From: an uncultured bacterium
Lineage (GTDB): Bacteria; Chloroflexota; UBA5177; JANWHV01
Direction of reading: 5' to 3'
DNA: 64,000 nucleotides
Assembly: GCA_963827235.1 (NCBI GenBank)
Contig: CAWHAE010000019.1
Span: 96,001 to 160,000, forward strand
A program made the position numbers and the translations under genes. The notes beneath the pieces were generated by a model that made no database searches, was not told the origin of the DNA, and saw nothing but the letters and a program-made list of their open reading frames with translations. Of the stretch, positions 50,457-61,473 are shown in pieces; position 1 is the first letter of the stretch, and each line of letters starts with the position of its first letter.

Positions 50457-51320
50457 GTGGCGTTGAGTACGGCCGATGCCAAGAGCAGACGGTTGGCGCG
50501 CAGGATCCGCCAGATACGGCGCGAAAGCGCGGTGATCGGCGGACTGAGCATCTACACGGTGTTCGCGCTGGGTCCTGTCGTCTGGATCTTGATGATGTCG
50601 TTCAAGCAGATCAAGGATATTGTCAGCCAGCCCACGCTGTTCTTTACGCCGACGCTGGACAATTACTCCGCCGTCTTTACCGGCGGCTTCCTGACCTACT
50701 ACTGGCATACGATCGTGATCTCGGTGGGCTCGATCACGCTTTCGGCGCTGATCGGCATCCCGGCGGCCTATGCCCTGGCACGCTACCGGTTCAGGTTTCG
50801 CGAAGACCTGGCGTTCTCCATCCTGAGCATCAGATTCGCACCGGAGCTGTCCATTCTGCTGCCCCTGTTCTTGCTCTACAAGGACTTGAACCTCTACGAC
50901 ACATATCCCGGCATGATTCTGGTGTACCAGCTCATCACTCTGCCGCTGTTCGTGTGGATCATGCGCGGCTTCTTCGAGGAAGTGCCGCGCGAGGTCGAGG
51001 AAGCGGCCAGGGTGGATGGCGCCAACCTGTGGGAGACATTGTGGCACGTGATGCTGCCTCTGGTACGGCCGGGACTGGCGGCAACAGTCATCCTCAGCTT
51101 CATCTTTGCCTGGAACAGCTTCGTCTTCGCGCTGGTGCTCTCCAGCAACCAGACGCAGACCGTGACGCTTGGCCTTCTTGGGTACATTGGCTTTGACCAG
51201 GTGCAATGGGGCGAGATGGCCGCGGCGACCATGGTGACCATCATCCCGGAGGTCGTGCTGGCCATGCTGGTTCAGCGCCACCTCGTGCGCGGCCTGACGT
51301 TTGGAGCCGTCAAGGGCTAG
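50457..51320 (+). CDS. Carbohydrate ABC permease 2
   Basis: AAYALAR, EEAARVDGA, FAWN, GLTFGAVKG. Confidence 0.92.
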   Translation: MALSTADAKSRRLARRIRQIRRESAVIGGLSIYTVFALGPVVWILMMSFKQIKDIVSQPTLFFTPTLDNYSAVFTGGFLTYYWHTIVISVGSITLSALIGIPAAYALARYRFRFREDLAFSILSIRFAPELSILLPLFLLYKDLNLYDTYPGMILVYQLITLPLFVWIMRGFFEEVPREVEEAARVDGANLWETLWHVMLPLVRPGLAATVILSFIFAWNSFVFALVLSSNQTQTVTLGLLGYIGFDQVQWGEMAAATMVTIIPEVVLAMLVQRHLVRGLTFGAVKG

Positions 51321-51383
51321 AACTCGGGCTGGTTCTGAAGCCCTTGACGCCACAGTCGCTCCTGAAAGGAGACACGAGAACCG

Positions 51384-52349
51384 ATGACTCTCGTCACCAG
51401 CCGGGCTGAAGCCCTTGAATACACCGAGCTATTTCGGCGGCGCAAGGCCAGCATGGCAATATTCTGTACCGCGGCACACTGGAACACGGAAGCTATTCTC
51501 CTGGCGGGCCAGCGACTCGCGGAGAAGCACAAGCTGGCCCGCGTGCCCCTCGCCGTGGCGATGACCTACAAGTACCCCTACATGCCACAGGCCAAGCGTG
51601 TAACCTATAGCGGCGACGCTCAGGCAGGCTTTCTGTCCCAGATGGACTACCTGAAGATCCTGTGCGACGGTCCGCAGGCGCCGTACGCCAACGTCGTGGT
51701 GCTGCCGCACCTCGATCACGCCGATCCCAATCGCGACCGCTGGGCGCTCACGCACGGTCTTCCCTATCTGGCAAGCGTGATGTTCGACGGGCAAAAATAC
51801 GCATTCGAGGACAACCTGACCTGGACGCGAGACTACGTCGCGGAGCACGGCAGCGAGGTGATGATCGAAGGCGTGATCGAGGAGCTCAGCGTGGCGGGCC
51901 AGCATCAAGCCGTGCAGCGGGACGCCTACGTCGACAAGGCCCAGCAGTTCATGCACGAGACAGGCGCCGATCTTCTGGTGGCGGATCTGGGCACCGAGCA
52001 GCAGTCCGACCATGTCGGCGGCGTCGTGTATTTGAAAGAGCGGGCACAGGAGCTGACCCGCCATCTTGGCAGGGCTTGTCTCGTCTTGCATGGCACCTCC
52101 TCGCTGGTCGAAGACCAGATGCACGGCCTGGCGGAAGACGGCGTGATTCGGGTGAACATGTGGACGCGCATCGTGCGCTTCGCAGGGCAGTACGCTGCCG
52201 CTCAGCTCATCGAGCGTCGCGCGGCAATCGAGGCGGGCGACATTGAGGCAACGGAGTCCCGCCAATACCTGCACGACTCCATCGAATCCGCCGCGGTGAC
52301 CATGGTGAGCGCCATGGAGGCCATGGGCTATCCGCTTCTCGGTCTCTGA
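51384..52349 (+). CDS. Divergent class II fructose/tagatose-bisphosphate aldolase-like protein
   Basis: HLDH, SVMFDG, LVLHGTS, RVNMWT. Confidence 0.75.
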   Translation: MTLVTSRAEALEYTELFRRRKASMAIFCTAAHWNTEAILLAGQRLAEKHKLARVPLAVAMTYKYPYMPQAKRVTYSGDAQAGFLSQMDYLKILCDGPQAPYANVVVLPHLDHADPNRDRWALTHGLPYLASVMFDGQKYAFEDNLTWTRDYVAEHGSEVMIEGVIEELSVAGQHQAVQRDAYVDKAQQFMHETGADLLVADLGTEQQSDHVGGVVYLKERAQELTRHLGRACLVLHGTSSLVEDQMHGLAEDGVIRVNMWTRIVRFAGQYAAAQLIERRAAIEAGDIEATESRQYLHDSIESAAVTMVSAMEAMGYPLLGL

Positions 52350-52363
52350 GGAGACGGCACGCC

Positions 52364-53866
52364 ATGAGCCTCCTGGGTATTGACGTCGGCACCACGGGCT
52401 GCAAGATCCTCGCGCTAGCGGCGGACGGCCAGGTGCTGGGCATGAAGCAGCGGGAATACGACGTGTCACGGCCTCGCGCCGGCTGGGCGGAGCTGGACAG
52501 CCGGGACGTCTGGGCGTCGATCAAAGACACGATCCGCGAAGTTGCCGGGCTGACCGGGAGCGATCCGATCGTGGGCCTGTGCGTTTCGTCCATGGGTGAG
52601 GCGATGACGCCCGTGTCGGCCGACCGGACGATTCTCGGTAACTCTCTGCTGGGCTTTGACGGCAGGGGAACGGAGACCGTCTCCCGGCTCGCCTCTATCG
52701 ACCCGGTGCAGTTCTTCGAGCGCAGCGGGAACCAGGCAAGTTCGCTCTACGGCGGTCCAAAGCTGATCTGGCAGCGCGATCACCAGCCAGAGCTTTTTGC
52801 GCGAACATACAAGTTTCTCAACTGGGCCGATCTGGTTGGATACCTGCTCGGCGGTGAGCCGGTGACCGACTACTCGTTGGCGAACCGGTCGTTGTTCTTC
52901 GACGTACAGCAGGCCCGCTGGTCGGCCGACACCCTTGAATACGTGGACATGCCCGTGGACAAGCTGCCCGAAGTGGCGCCGTCCGGCACCGTAGTGGGGG
53001 TGGTCTCAGCTCAGGTAAGCAGCGAACTGGGCCTGCCGTCCAACGTGCGCATCGTGCTTGGCGCCCACGACCAGTGCATGAGCGCGGTCGGATCCGGGGT
53101 GATCCGGCCGGGCATGGCCGCCTACGGCCTCGGCACGTACGTGTGCCTCACTCCTGCCTACGATGTCCTGCCACGTGCCGAGCAGATGATCGAGTACAAG
53201 CTGAACGTCGAACACCACGCTATTCCCAATCTGTACGTCAGCTTCTACTACAACTTGACCGGGGGCGCGCTGCTGAAGTGGTTCCGCGATACGTTTGGCC
53301 GGGCCGAGAAGGAGGAGGCAGCCGCTTCCGGTCGCGACGTCTACGATCTCCTTCTGTCCGACCTGCCCGACGATCCCACAGATCTGCTGGTGCTGCCCCA
53401 TTTCGCTCCCACCGGCCCGCCCTACTTCGACGATCACCCCTACGGACTGATCGCCGGTCTGACGCTGGAGACGGAGCGGGGTGCCTTCATCAAGGCACTT
53501 CTTGAGGGAGTTACGTACTATTGCCGGCAGGGGCTGGACCAGATGGCGACCGCGGGCATAGCGATCGACGAGTGCCGCGTGACCGGCGGTGGCGCGCGGT
53601 CGCCTGCCTGGCTGCGCATCAGCGCGGACGTACTGGGCCGCCCGCTGGTGCGCCCGCGAGTGACCGAAGCGAGTGCCCTGGGTGCGGCGATCATGGCGGG
53701 CATCGGCTGCGGAGTCTACGCGTCCGCCGAGGAGGCGGTCGAGGTGCTGGTCAAGACCGATCAGACGTTCGAGCCCGACCCGCGGCGGCAACGGCTCTAT
53801 GACGAGCGCTTCTCCCGCTACCAGGAACTCTATCCGCTCATGCGGTCGCTGCGCCCCGGCGTCTGA
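52364..53866 (+). CDS. FGGY-family carbohydrate kinase
   Basis: LGIDVGTT, GAHDQ, GGGARS, EASALGAA. Confidence 0.92.
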   Translation: MSLLGIDVGTTGCKILALAADGQVLGMKQREYDVSRPRAGWAELDSRDVWASIKDTIREVAGLTGSDPIVGLCVSSMGEAMTPVSADRTILGNSLLGFDGRGTETVSRLASIDPVQFFERSGNQASSLYGGPKLIWQRDHQPELFARTYKFLNWADLVGYLLGGEPVTDYSLANRSLFFDVQQARWSADTLEYVDMPVDKLPEVAPSGTVVGVVSAQVSSELGLPSNVRIVLGAHDQCMSAVGSGVIRPGMAAYGLGTYVCLTPAYDVLPRAEQMIEYKLNVEHHAIPNLYVSFYYNLTGGALLKWFRDTFGRAEKEEAAASGRDVYDLLLSDLPDDPTDLLVLPHFAPTGPPYFDDHPYGLIAGLTLETERGAFIKALLEGVTYYCRQGLDQMATAGIAIDECRVTGGGARSPAWLRISADVLGRPLVRPRVTEASALGAAIMAGIGCGVYASAEEAVEVLVKTDQTFEPDPRRQRLYDERFSRYQELYPLMRSLRPGV

Positions 53867-54145
53867 GCAGGCGAGCGATTGCCGGCGCGATTTCGGCACG
53901 GAGCCTTGAAGTCGTAGACCCGTAGCCAGGCATCCGGCCACGGAGCCCCGAACGGAGTGCCGCTCACGACTCTGCCTGCTGGCGCTGAGGCGCGTCGTGC
54001 GTCCGGTATCTCATGTGGCCTCGCGCCGGTATGTTGGACAGACTCAAGCCGGCTTCCCGGCGGGTGAACTAAGGACCGCGGTGGACCTGCCTCTGCGCCG
54101 GTCTCACCGGCACAGCGGCGCAGGACGGACCGAACGGAGTACACG

Positions 54146-55864
54146 ATGACTGAGCAGGAGCTTCGTATTCCCGACTACCATTGTGCGGTGCAGCTCGTGG
54201 GGCCGGGGCAACTGGTACTGAACCGAAAGAAGGAAACACCCCGGCCCGGTCCCTACCAGGTGCTGGCCGCGGTGGAAGCAGTATGCATCTGTTACTCGGA
54301 CACGAAGCTGCTCAGGCAGTTCGCTGCGCATCCCCGCAAAGGTGAGGTCATGCGCGGCATCGGCCGGGAGGTCCTGGAGCACTATCCCGCGTATGTGCCG
54401 GGCGAAAGGCCGACGGTTCCCGGCCATGAAGTAGCTTGCCGGATTGTGGCGGTGGGCAGTGCCGTGACTCGGTTCACCACCGGCGAACGCTGCCTGGTCA
54501 TGCCGGATTATCGAGCGCTGCCGACAGCCGGGTCCACATCCGCGTTGGGCCACAACTTCGAAGGCGGCCTGCAGGAATACATGCTATTCGACGAGCGCAT
54601 CGTCGTCGAGCCGGGCACGGGAGAGCGGTTGCTGATTCCGGTTCCCCAGAGCCTCAGTGCGGCGGCGGTCGCCCTGGTCGAGCCGTGGTCGTGCGTAGAG
54701 AACTCCTATTCGTCGCAGGAACGCCGGACACTCAAGCCTGAGGGCAATCTGCTCGTCGTCGCGGAGCCCGGCCACGAGGTGCGCGGACTGGCCGAGATCA
54801 TCGCGGCCGGCGGCAGGCCGGCGTCTATCACCGCCCTCTGCGCGGACGAGAGCCAGCGCCGTGCGCTGGAGACGGTGGGCGTGCGGTCAATGGAATGCGA
54901 TGACCCGCGGCGGCTGGGCGACGAGCAATTCGACGACGTCGTCTATTTTGGGGCGGACCGGCAGGCGATCGAGGCCCTGAATGACCGGGTTGGTTTGCAC
55001 GGAATCGTCAATGTCGTGCTCGGCGGCAGGAGTATCGGGCGGCCGGTGTCCCTCGGCATAGGCCGCGTTCACTATGCGGGCACGCGCTGGATCGGCACCG
55101 TGGGTAAGTCGGCGTTCGATTCCTATCAGAGTATTCCGGCGACTGGCGAGCTACGCCGCGGCGACACGGTGCTCGTCGTGGGAGCCGGCGGTCCAATGGG
55201 CCAGATGCACGTCATTCGCTCCCTTTGCGCGGGCATTCCGGGCGTCTCGGTAGTCGGTACCGACATCGACGACGCTCGTTTGCAGTCGTTGCGCGCCAAG
55301 GCAGGCGGAATTCCACAGCGCAGAGGCGTACCGCTCCGCCTGGCCAACGCGACTGAGCTCGGACCGCATGAGCGGTTCAGCTACCAGACGATCATGGTGC
55401 CGGACGGTACGCTGGTCGCCGGCGCCGTGCGCAGCAGCGCGGCACGGGGCCTGATCAACGTCTTCGCCGGGATCCCGGCGAAGACGCGTCAAGAGGTCGA
55501 CCTCGACACCTATATTGCCCACCAGTGCTTCATGTTCGGCACCAGCGGTTCGGTGATTGGCGACATGAAGGTCGTGCTGAGCAACGTCGAGAAGCAAGCA
55601 CTCGATACAAACCTCTCAATCGAGGCAGTCTCGGGCATGGCAGGCGCAATCGAGGCGATCGCCGCGGCGGAGCACCGCGCCGTGGCAGGGAAGATCGTGG
55701 TCTATCCCATGCTGCACGACCTGGGTCTCGTGCCGCTCGCCCGGCTGGCAGAGAGGCTGCCCGCTGTGGCGGCTAAGCTCTGCGATGGGCAATGGTGTCG
55801 CGACGCGGAAGACGAGCTCCTCCTGGCGGCAGCCGGGCAGACCGTGCCGGGCGAACGTCCATGA
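54146..55864 (+). CDS. Extended (572 aa) Zn-dependent MDR dehydrogenase
   Basis: CICYSDTK, PGHE, EPWSC, GAGGPMG. Confidence 0.8.
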   Translation: MTEQELRIPDYHCAVQLVGPGQLVLNRKKETPRPGPYQVLAAVEAVCICYSDTKLLRQFAAHPRKGEVMRGIGREVLEHYPAYVPGERPTVPGHEVACRIVAVGSAVTRFTTGERCLVMPDYRALPTAGSTSALGHNFEGGLQEYMLFDERIVVEPGTGERLLIPVPQSLSAAAVALVEPWSCVENSYSSQERRTLKPEGNLLVVAEPGHEVRGLAEIIAAGGRPASITALCADESQRRALETVGVRSMECDDPRRLGDEQFDDVVYFGADRQAIEALNDRVGLHGIVNVVLGGRSIGRPVSLGIGRVHYAGTRWIGTVGKSAFDSYQSIPATGELRRGDTVLVVGAGGPMGQMHVIRSLCAGIPGVSVVGTDIDDARLQSLRAKAGGIPQRRGVPLRLANATELGPHERFSYQTIMVPDGTLVAGAVRSSAARGLINVFAGIPAKTRQEVDLDTYIAHQCFMFGTSGSVIGDMKVVLSNVEKQALDTNLSIEAVSGMAGAIEAIAAAEHRAVAGKIVVYPMLHDLGLVPLARLAERLPAVAAKLCDGQWCRDAEDELLLAAAGQTVPGERP

Positions 55865-56069
55865 GGGACCGGCAACCGACGCTATCTTCCGTCTGTGACG
55901 GGGTCCGACCAGTTCCTCAGCTCGGCAGCTCCACCGCCACGTTAGCCGCGGTTGCGATGTCCGGCGCCTCGACAGGCTTACGGCGCGGGCAGAAGCCGAG
56001 CAGGGAGGCGACGATACCGATCACCAGGACGACGGGGAAGGTGTCGTCGAATGCCGGGGCGGCGGGGAT

Positions 56070-56519
56070 TCATTCCGCCCGTGGTTTCACCGCGGCTTGA
56101 ATACAGGGCGCCGGGATCGCCGAGCGGCGTCGTACCGCCAGGATCGAGACGGCGATCCCGACTAGAGCTTCGAAGAGCTGCAGCGGCATAAACCCGATGG
56201 CGCCGAGCTCCACGACTTCGAACACGACCAGCGCCGCCCCTGCCAGCACTGCCGCCTCGCAGGCGAAGTGCTTCCGCAGTAGGACAAGCGCGGCGCTCGC
56301 CAGCATGCCGCAGCCGACTACAAGCGCCAGCAGCAAGCCCGGGACCAGGAAATCGGGGAACGGACTGTTGCGGGAGAGCGCCGCCAACGCCGCGGGCGTC
56401 ATCTGCAGCAGCGTTCCGTTGGGCCGTATCATGAGCAGGATTCCACCCGCGAGGCCCGTCACACCCGTGAAGGCAGCAAGAGCGATCAGGACCTTCTCGC
56501 CGGCAGCCCGCCCGGCCAT
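56070..56519 (-). CDS. Four-TM membrane protein
   Basis: Hydrophobic helices; SPFPDFLVPGLLL motif. Confidence 0.7.
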   Translation of the reverse strand: MAGRAAGEKVLIALAAFTGVTGLAGGILLMIRPNGTLLQMTPAALAALSRNSPFPDFLVPGLLLALVVGCGMLASAALVLLRKHFACEAAVLAGAALVVFEVVELGAIGFMPLQLFEALVGIAVSILAVRRRSAIPAPCIQAAVKPRAE

Positions 56520-56906
56520 CTGCCCTTCCACGATCGCCTCTACACCGGTCGTCGTCGCCAATGTTCTCCCTGTTCGTGCTGGCCAACCCGTCGGAGCGGC
56601 GGATGCGGGCGCGCCGCAGTACGCCCGCGACAGCGTGCCACGTCGCAGGGTGGGCCGGCCAGAGGCGAGACTCCCCATCTCATAGGCCAATGGTCCCGTC
56701 GATATCTCCTCCTCGCCGTGGACGCCGGCCAGCTCGGGGACGGCTAATCTCAGCTGCATGCCCCGGTTCTCGCGACCAGCCGAACGTGGCTGGAGATGGC
56801 GTCCTGCGCGCCTCGCGCGACTGGTGGATGTCCTGGCAGACTGTGCGTGATGCGTCGGGGATCCGCGACACCCGGAGTCCCGGCAAGGGACGGAGGCGCT
56901 ACTGGC

Positions 56907-57041
56907 ATGTCTCCTCTCGACCGAGCACTCCTTTCCCTGGAGGGCTTCGCTCTTGGTGATGCCTTCGGGCAACGCTTCTTCATTCATCCAGGATCGGCCT
57001 CTCCGCCGACCGCTCCACGATACCTGCCGAATGGCTGGTGA
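56907..57041 (+). pseudogene. N-terminal fragment of an ADP-ribosylglycohydrolase
   Basis: LSLEGFALGDAFGQRFF motif, then a stop after 44 codons; GGAGG RBS. Confidence 0.6.
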
Positions 57042-57115
57042 GCCGCGAGCCATCGCCCGCGTGGTTTCAGAGCTGAGAGCTGCCTGTGAACGGTAGTTGG
57101 AAGCATGGCGGTGGC

Positions 57116-57554
57116 GTGGCAGTGGTCACCATCGGGCACGCGGAGGCATCGGACCTCGAGTCGCTGTCGGACCTGGACGCGATCGTGCTCGGCAGCCGGC
57201 GGCGGCACGGATATCTCGCACGAGCGGTGGGCAGTGGTCGCGCCTGGGCGGCACGCGAATCCGGGATTCCGGCCGCTCGCCATCTTCGCGCCGTCGTTCC
57301 TTGATCAATGGTTCGTCGAGCTGCTGGTAGTCCATCCCGACTATCGTCGTCGGGGCGTCGCGACCGCACTCATGACGCACTGCGCGTCCGTCTGCCCGGC
57401 GGAGAAGCTGTTCACCTCGACCAACGAGTCAAATACGCCGATGCGCCGCCTGCTGAGCAAGCTCGGCTACGCTCCAAGCGGCTACGTCGACAACCTTGAC
57501 GAGGGTGATCCGGAGCTCATCTTCGTCAAGAGGCTGCGGTCAGCCTGTGATTAG
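57116..57554 (+). pseudogene. GNAT acetyltransferase with a frameshift near 57270
   Basis: N-terminal half in one frame; VHPDYRRRGVA, FTSTNESN, LDEGDPE in another. Confidence 0.7.
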
Positions 57555-58972
57555 CCGCGGGCCAGTCGCAGGCCCCATACGGCGACCGCGTACACGCCGA
57601 GCGAGGCTGCCACCGCGGCCGGCTCGCCGAGAGGTGTCAGCAGCATGCCACCGGCGGCTATCGCAGCCGCTCCGGCACACACGACGTAGCGGCCGAGCCA
57701 GCCGCGAACCGCCGCTCCTGCTTGCCCTTCGAGCGATCGCAGATAGCGCGACCCAAGTACCAGCAGGCCGCCCGATGCCGCGCAGGTGAAACACGTGGAA
57801 GCGGCCACGCCGTGCCAGACGGGCACGCTCACGGACAGTGCCGCTATCTCCAGCGTGATCGCGCAACCCACGACCGTGGCCGATCGGCGCGCCTGACCGG
57901 TAGCCTGGTACGCCGTGGCCACTACCGCCAGCAGCATGAGCGCCGAGTTGCCTACGGACAGTATGCGCAAGACCGGCACGGCAGACAGGTATTTCGGCGC
58001 CAGAAGCGTTCGCAGGGCAAGATCGGGAAACAGCAGCAGGCCGGCCTCGATCGGCACCAGGACCAGCACTACCAGGCGCGCCGCCCCGGCAAGCACGAGA
58101 CCCGTCTTCGCCAGCTCGCCGCGGCGGGCCAGACGCGGCAGGAGCACGGGCACCAGTGCAGACGGGACCAGGTAGTACGGCGCAGTGGCGAGCACCGTGG
58201 CTGCCTGGTAGGCACCGGCGATCGCGCGATCGCCGCCGGAGAGCAGCTTGATTGCCAGCACGTCCAGGTTCTGCAGCAGGGCCGCCACCAGCAGGGCCGC
58301 GAAGAGCGGTCCCGCCAGGCTGAAGCGCGGCCAGGCGATGCTGCCGGGCATCCGTTTGCCTCGTCCGATCGACCAGATGCCCAGCGAGGCTGCCGTCATC
58401 GAGCCCATCATGAACCCGCACACTGCCCCATTCACGCCCCAACCCGCCCGCACCAAGATCGCGCCGCATGCAGCTTTGACGACGATCTCGATCGTATGCA
58501 GGCCAGCCACGACGCCGAAACGCTCGCGACCCTGCGCGGTGGCCACCATCACGCCGATCACGGAGACTGCCGGGATAGCCAGGGCTACCAGCCCGAGCAC
58601 CGGCCAGGTCTCCAGGCCGGGCTGTAGCGGTCCCGCAGCGAAGAGGAGGGCCAGCAGGGCGTCGATCAGAAGTGCCAGCCCGAGGTTTGCCAGCACAGCG
58701 CCGCGCACCAGCCGGCTGTAGTCCTGTGACGGTGCTGTCGCCACGATGGTGGCCAGCGACCACGGGATGCCGGAGCCCAGGAAGAGTCCGGCCAGCAGCA
58801 GGACCGTCTGCACGAATGCCAGCAGGCCGAAATCGCCCGGTACCAGCCAGCGCGCCATCAGCAGGCTGAAGGCGTAGTTCAGCACCGCCATGATCGCTGC
58901 GGAGCTAAACATCATCGCCTGCACCCGATACGTGAAGGCCGCCGCGCGTGCGCGGGCCGCCGCCCGCCTCAT
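57551..58972 (-). CDS. Polysaccharide flippase (Wzx/MOP family); start uncertain
   Basis: ARWLVPGDFG, LDVLAIK, AGAYQAA; many TM helices. Confidence 0.82.
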   Translation of the reverse strand: MRRAAARARAAAFTYRVQAMMFSSAAIMAVLNYAFSLLMARWLVPGDFGLLAFVQTVLLLAGLFLGSGIPWSLATIVATAPSQDYSRLVRGAVLANLGLALLIDALLALLFAAGPLQPGLETWPVLGLVALAIPAVSVIGVMVATAQGRERFGVVAGLHTIEIVVKAACGAILVRAGWGVNGAVCGFMMGSMTAASLGIWSIGRGKRMPGSIAWPRFSLAGPLFAALLVAALLQNLDVLAIKLLSGGDRAIAGAYQAATVLATAPYYLVPSALVPVLLPRLARRGELAKTGLVLAGAARLVVLVLVPIEAGLLLFPDLALRTLLAPKYLSAVPVLRILSVGNSALMLLAVVATAYQATGQARRSATVVGCAITLEIAALSVSVPVWHGVAASTCFTCAASGGLLVLGSRYLRSLEGQAGAAVRGWLGRYVVCAGAAAIAAGGMLLTPLGEPAAVAASLGVYAVAVWGLRLARG

Positions 58973-59467
58973 GGGAGTCGCGGACGGTGCGGGAGAAGAG
59001 CGAGCAGGAATCAGGAGAGAACGCCTTCCGCTAGGCAGGGGAGGGGAGATTCACGCGCAGCGCTGCTGCCGAGCGGGAGAGGCGCACGCTCTCTGCTCTC
59101 GCACTACGATACCACGGCCCGGCTTATGGGGCGCAAGATCGAAGGCGGTGCTCCCTGAGCAGAGTACCGAACGCGCTTGCCGGTGCTGCAGGCATGGTCA
59201 TCCTCGCGGCTGTGTTACAGTCACCTCATCCTATCGGACCGAGCGATACGACCCTGAGCGTCACGCGTTGCTCACGGCTGCCGGCGTTGCCGGTATCGTG
59301 GGGACTCGGCATTACTGCGGCATCAACGCTGGGCCGGCAACGACCAATGCGCGCGCTCACTTTCTCCGCCTTGCCGCGCGCCTGTCGTCGCCTCGCACGC
59401 CTTCGCCCCAGTTCACACGACCGCCTTGCTCGTGCTATCGTGATCGTCGATGAGTGCGAGGGAATAC

Positions 59468-60307
59468 ATGCTTGAATCAGCTGTACGTCATGCCGTCTGC
59501 GAGCTCGCTCAGCAGGCGGCCGCAGCCGCCGCAATAGTGGTGCGCGAGAGCCGCCGCCCGTACCACTACACCGGCAACGTCAATGCAGGTGGCGATCGCG
59601 TGCTGGAAATCGATCTGGCCGCGGACGCCGAGGTGATGTCCTGGCTGGCCAGGGGTATGGAGCACTTGGGTCTGCCCTACTCTACCCTGAGTGAAGAAAG
59701 CAGTCTGCGCAGCCATGGTGCGGACTACCCGCTAATCCTCGTAGACCCGCTGGATGGGAGCGCGCAGGCGCGCCGCCACCATCCTGACTGCGCCATCAGT
59801 GTTGCCGTCTCCAGCGGGCCCACAATGGCCGACCTTGTGATTGGGGTCGTACAGCCGGTCATGTGCGGCGAGCCCTATGTGGCCATCGCCGGCGAAGGAG
59901 CGTGGCAGGGTGGTCGCCGGCTCCCGCTCATCCCGACACCCCCGGGGGCGGCGACCAGTGTGCTGCTGGAGGGCCCGGACGCAGCGTCGACCGCCGCGTT
60001 GGCGCAGCGCTTCGCCGCCGCCCGGCCCGGCTGTCAAATTCACGCCAGTGGCAGTATCGCCCTGCAACTGGCCCTCTTGGCGGCCGGCTGCTACGACCTG
60101 CTGGTCGCCTGCCGTCCTGGAGCACATGCGCACGACGTCGCCGCGGGGTGGCTGCTGGTGCGCGAGTCCGGCAGCGCCTTCGCGGATCTCCAGGGATTGG
60201 ATACGGGCTCAGCAAGATTGCAGGATCTGCACACGACACATCATTGCGCGGCTGCCCGGCGGCCGGATTGGCTCGAGGAGGCCATGGCCCTAGCCCGCGG
60301 CGGGTAG
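59468..60307 (+). CDS. Inositol monophosphatase family protein
   Basis: SEE, DPLDGS, GSIAL, HDVAAG. Confidence 0.88.
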   Translation: MLESAVRHAVCELAQQAAAAAAIVVRESRRPYHYTGNVNAGGDRVLEIDLAADAEVMSWLARGMEHLGLPYSTLSEESSLRSHGADYPLILVDPLDGSAQARRHHPDCAISVAVSSGPTMADLVIGVVQPVMCGEPYVAIAGEGAWQGGRRLPLIPTPPGAATSVLLEGPDAASTAALAQRFAAARPGCQIHASGSIALQLALLAAGCYDLLVACRPGAHAHDVAAGWLLVRESGSAFADLQGLDTGSARLQDLHTTHHCAAARRPDWLEEAMALARGG

Positions 60308-60494
60308 CCCTTGCACTCGTCGCCTAGCATTGTCTCGGCTTGGCGTTGCACACCTCTCGCCTGCAGGAGCGTGGGCGGTGCGCTCACTCTGCTATATCGA
60401 GCCCGGCGTAAAGTCCTGCACACGTTTGCGGTGTGTAGATAGCGGTGCTTCGTCGAGCCGACGATGCGAGCGCCGGCGAACAGGTTCGGAGGTG

Positions 60495-61238
60495 ATGAGA
60501 TTCATGGACTACAGGTACTTCGGGCGCACAGGGCTGAGGATCTCGGAGATCTGTCTTGGCACTCAAACCTTTGGCTGGACGACCGGCGAGGCTGATGCCC
60601 ACGCTATGCTGGACCACTACGTTGGCGCCGGCGGCAACTATCTCGATGCCGCCGATTCGTAGAACGACGGGGAGTCAGAGCGGATCCTGGGATCCTGGCT
60701 CAAGGCCAGGGCAAACGCCGAGGATGTCATTGTCGGGACGAAGGTCTACTTCAACTCGAGTGCCGATCAGAACTCGAACCGCATGGGCTTGTCCCGGAAA
60801 CACATCAACCACTCCGTCGATCGCAGCCTCGAGCGCCTCGGGCTGGCCGCCATCGACCTGTACCAGATGCACTGTATCGACGGCGGAACCGGTCTGGACG
60901 AAGTGATCGATACTCTCGAGGATCTCGTCCGCGGAGGGAAGATCCTTCACTACTGCCTGTCGAACTTCACGCCTTCGGCTATCGCGAGGATGGTCTGCGG
61001 CGCCACCTACAGGGCATGCCACTGCCCCGCGTCCCGTCAGCTCAACTGGATGCGGCGGAACGAGGCGATCTCCTCTATCCTGATCGGCGCCAGAACCATG
61101 CAGCAGCTCAAGGCGAGCCTGGATTGCCTTTCGTGGGACATGAGGCCCGAGGACGAGGAGACGCTGGACCTCGTGAGCGATATGCCGAGGCCCTACCCCT
61201 ACAGCTTCATCGACCGCTACAGCAGAAAGCCTCGTTAG
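60495..61238 (+). pseudogene. Aldo/keto reductase pseudogene
   Basis: FGRTGLRISEICLGT...DAADS, then TAG (60660-60662) at the catalytic Tyr position, continuing NDGESE...SLERL..IDLYQMH; large internal deletion near 61020. Confidence 0.85.
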
Positions 61239-61384
61239 TGCCTCCACTGCGATCTCGAACGCGCGGCGAACTCGATTCGCACGCCTGCCATGCGCGTGTC
61301 GCCGGCGTCACGGCCCAAACGCGGATACCAGCCTGGCCGGCGGCGAGATGGATTCCACGTCAACCAAGCGGCGCACACAAAGGA

Positions 61385-61415
61385 GGACCCGGGCAAATGT
61401 CCAATGCCCGGGTCC
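61385..61415 (-). terminator. Probable intrinsic terminator ending the structured RNA
   Basis: 11-bp stem GGACCCGGGCA/TGCCCGGGTCC followed on minus by TCCTTTGTG (short U-tract). Confidence 0.7.
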
Positions 61416-61473
61416 GGTTGCAGCACCCATTTGCGCACGCCAACACGTTTAAGTCGGAGGCTCAACCAATCAT

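Noticed and set aside
60660-60662. In-frame TAG as pyrrolysine readthrough, given the corrinoid methyltransferases in the window
   Set aside because: The TAG replaces the catalytic Tyr codon of an aldo/keto reductase that also has a large deletion, and no pyl genes are visible; a simple nonsense mutation fits better.
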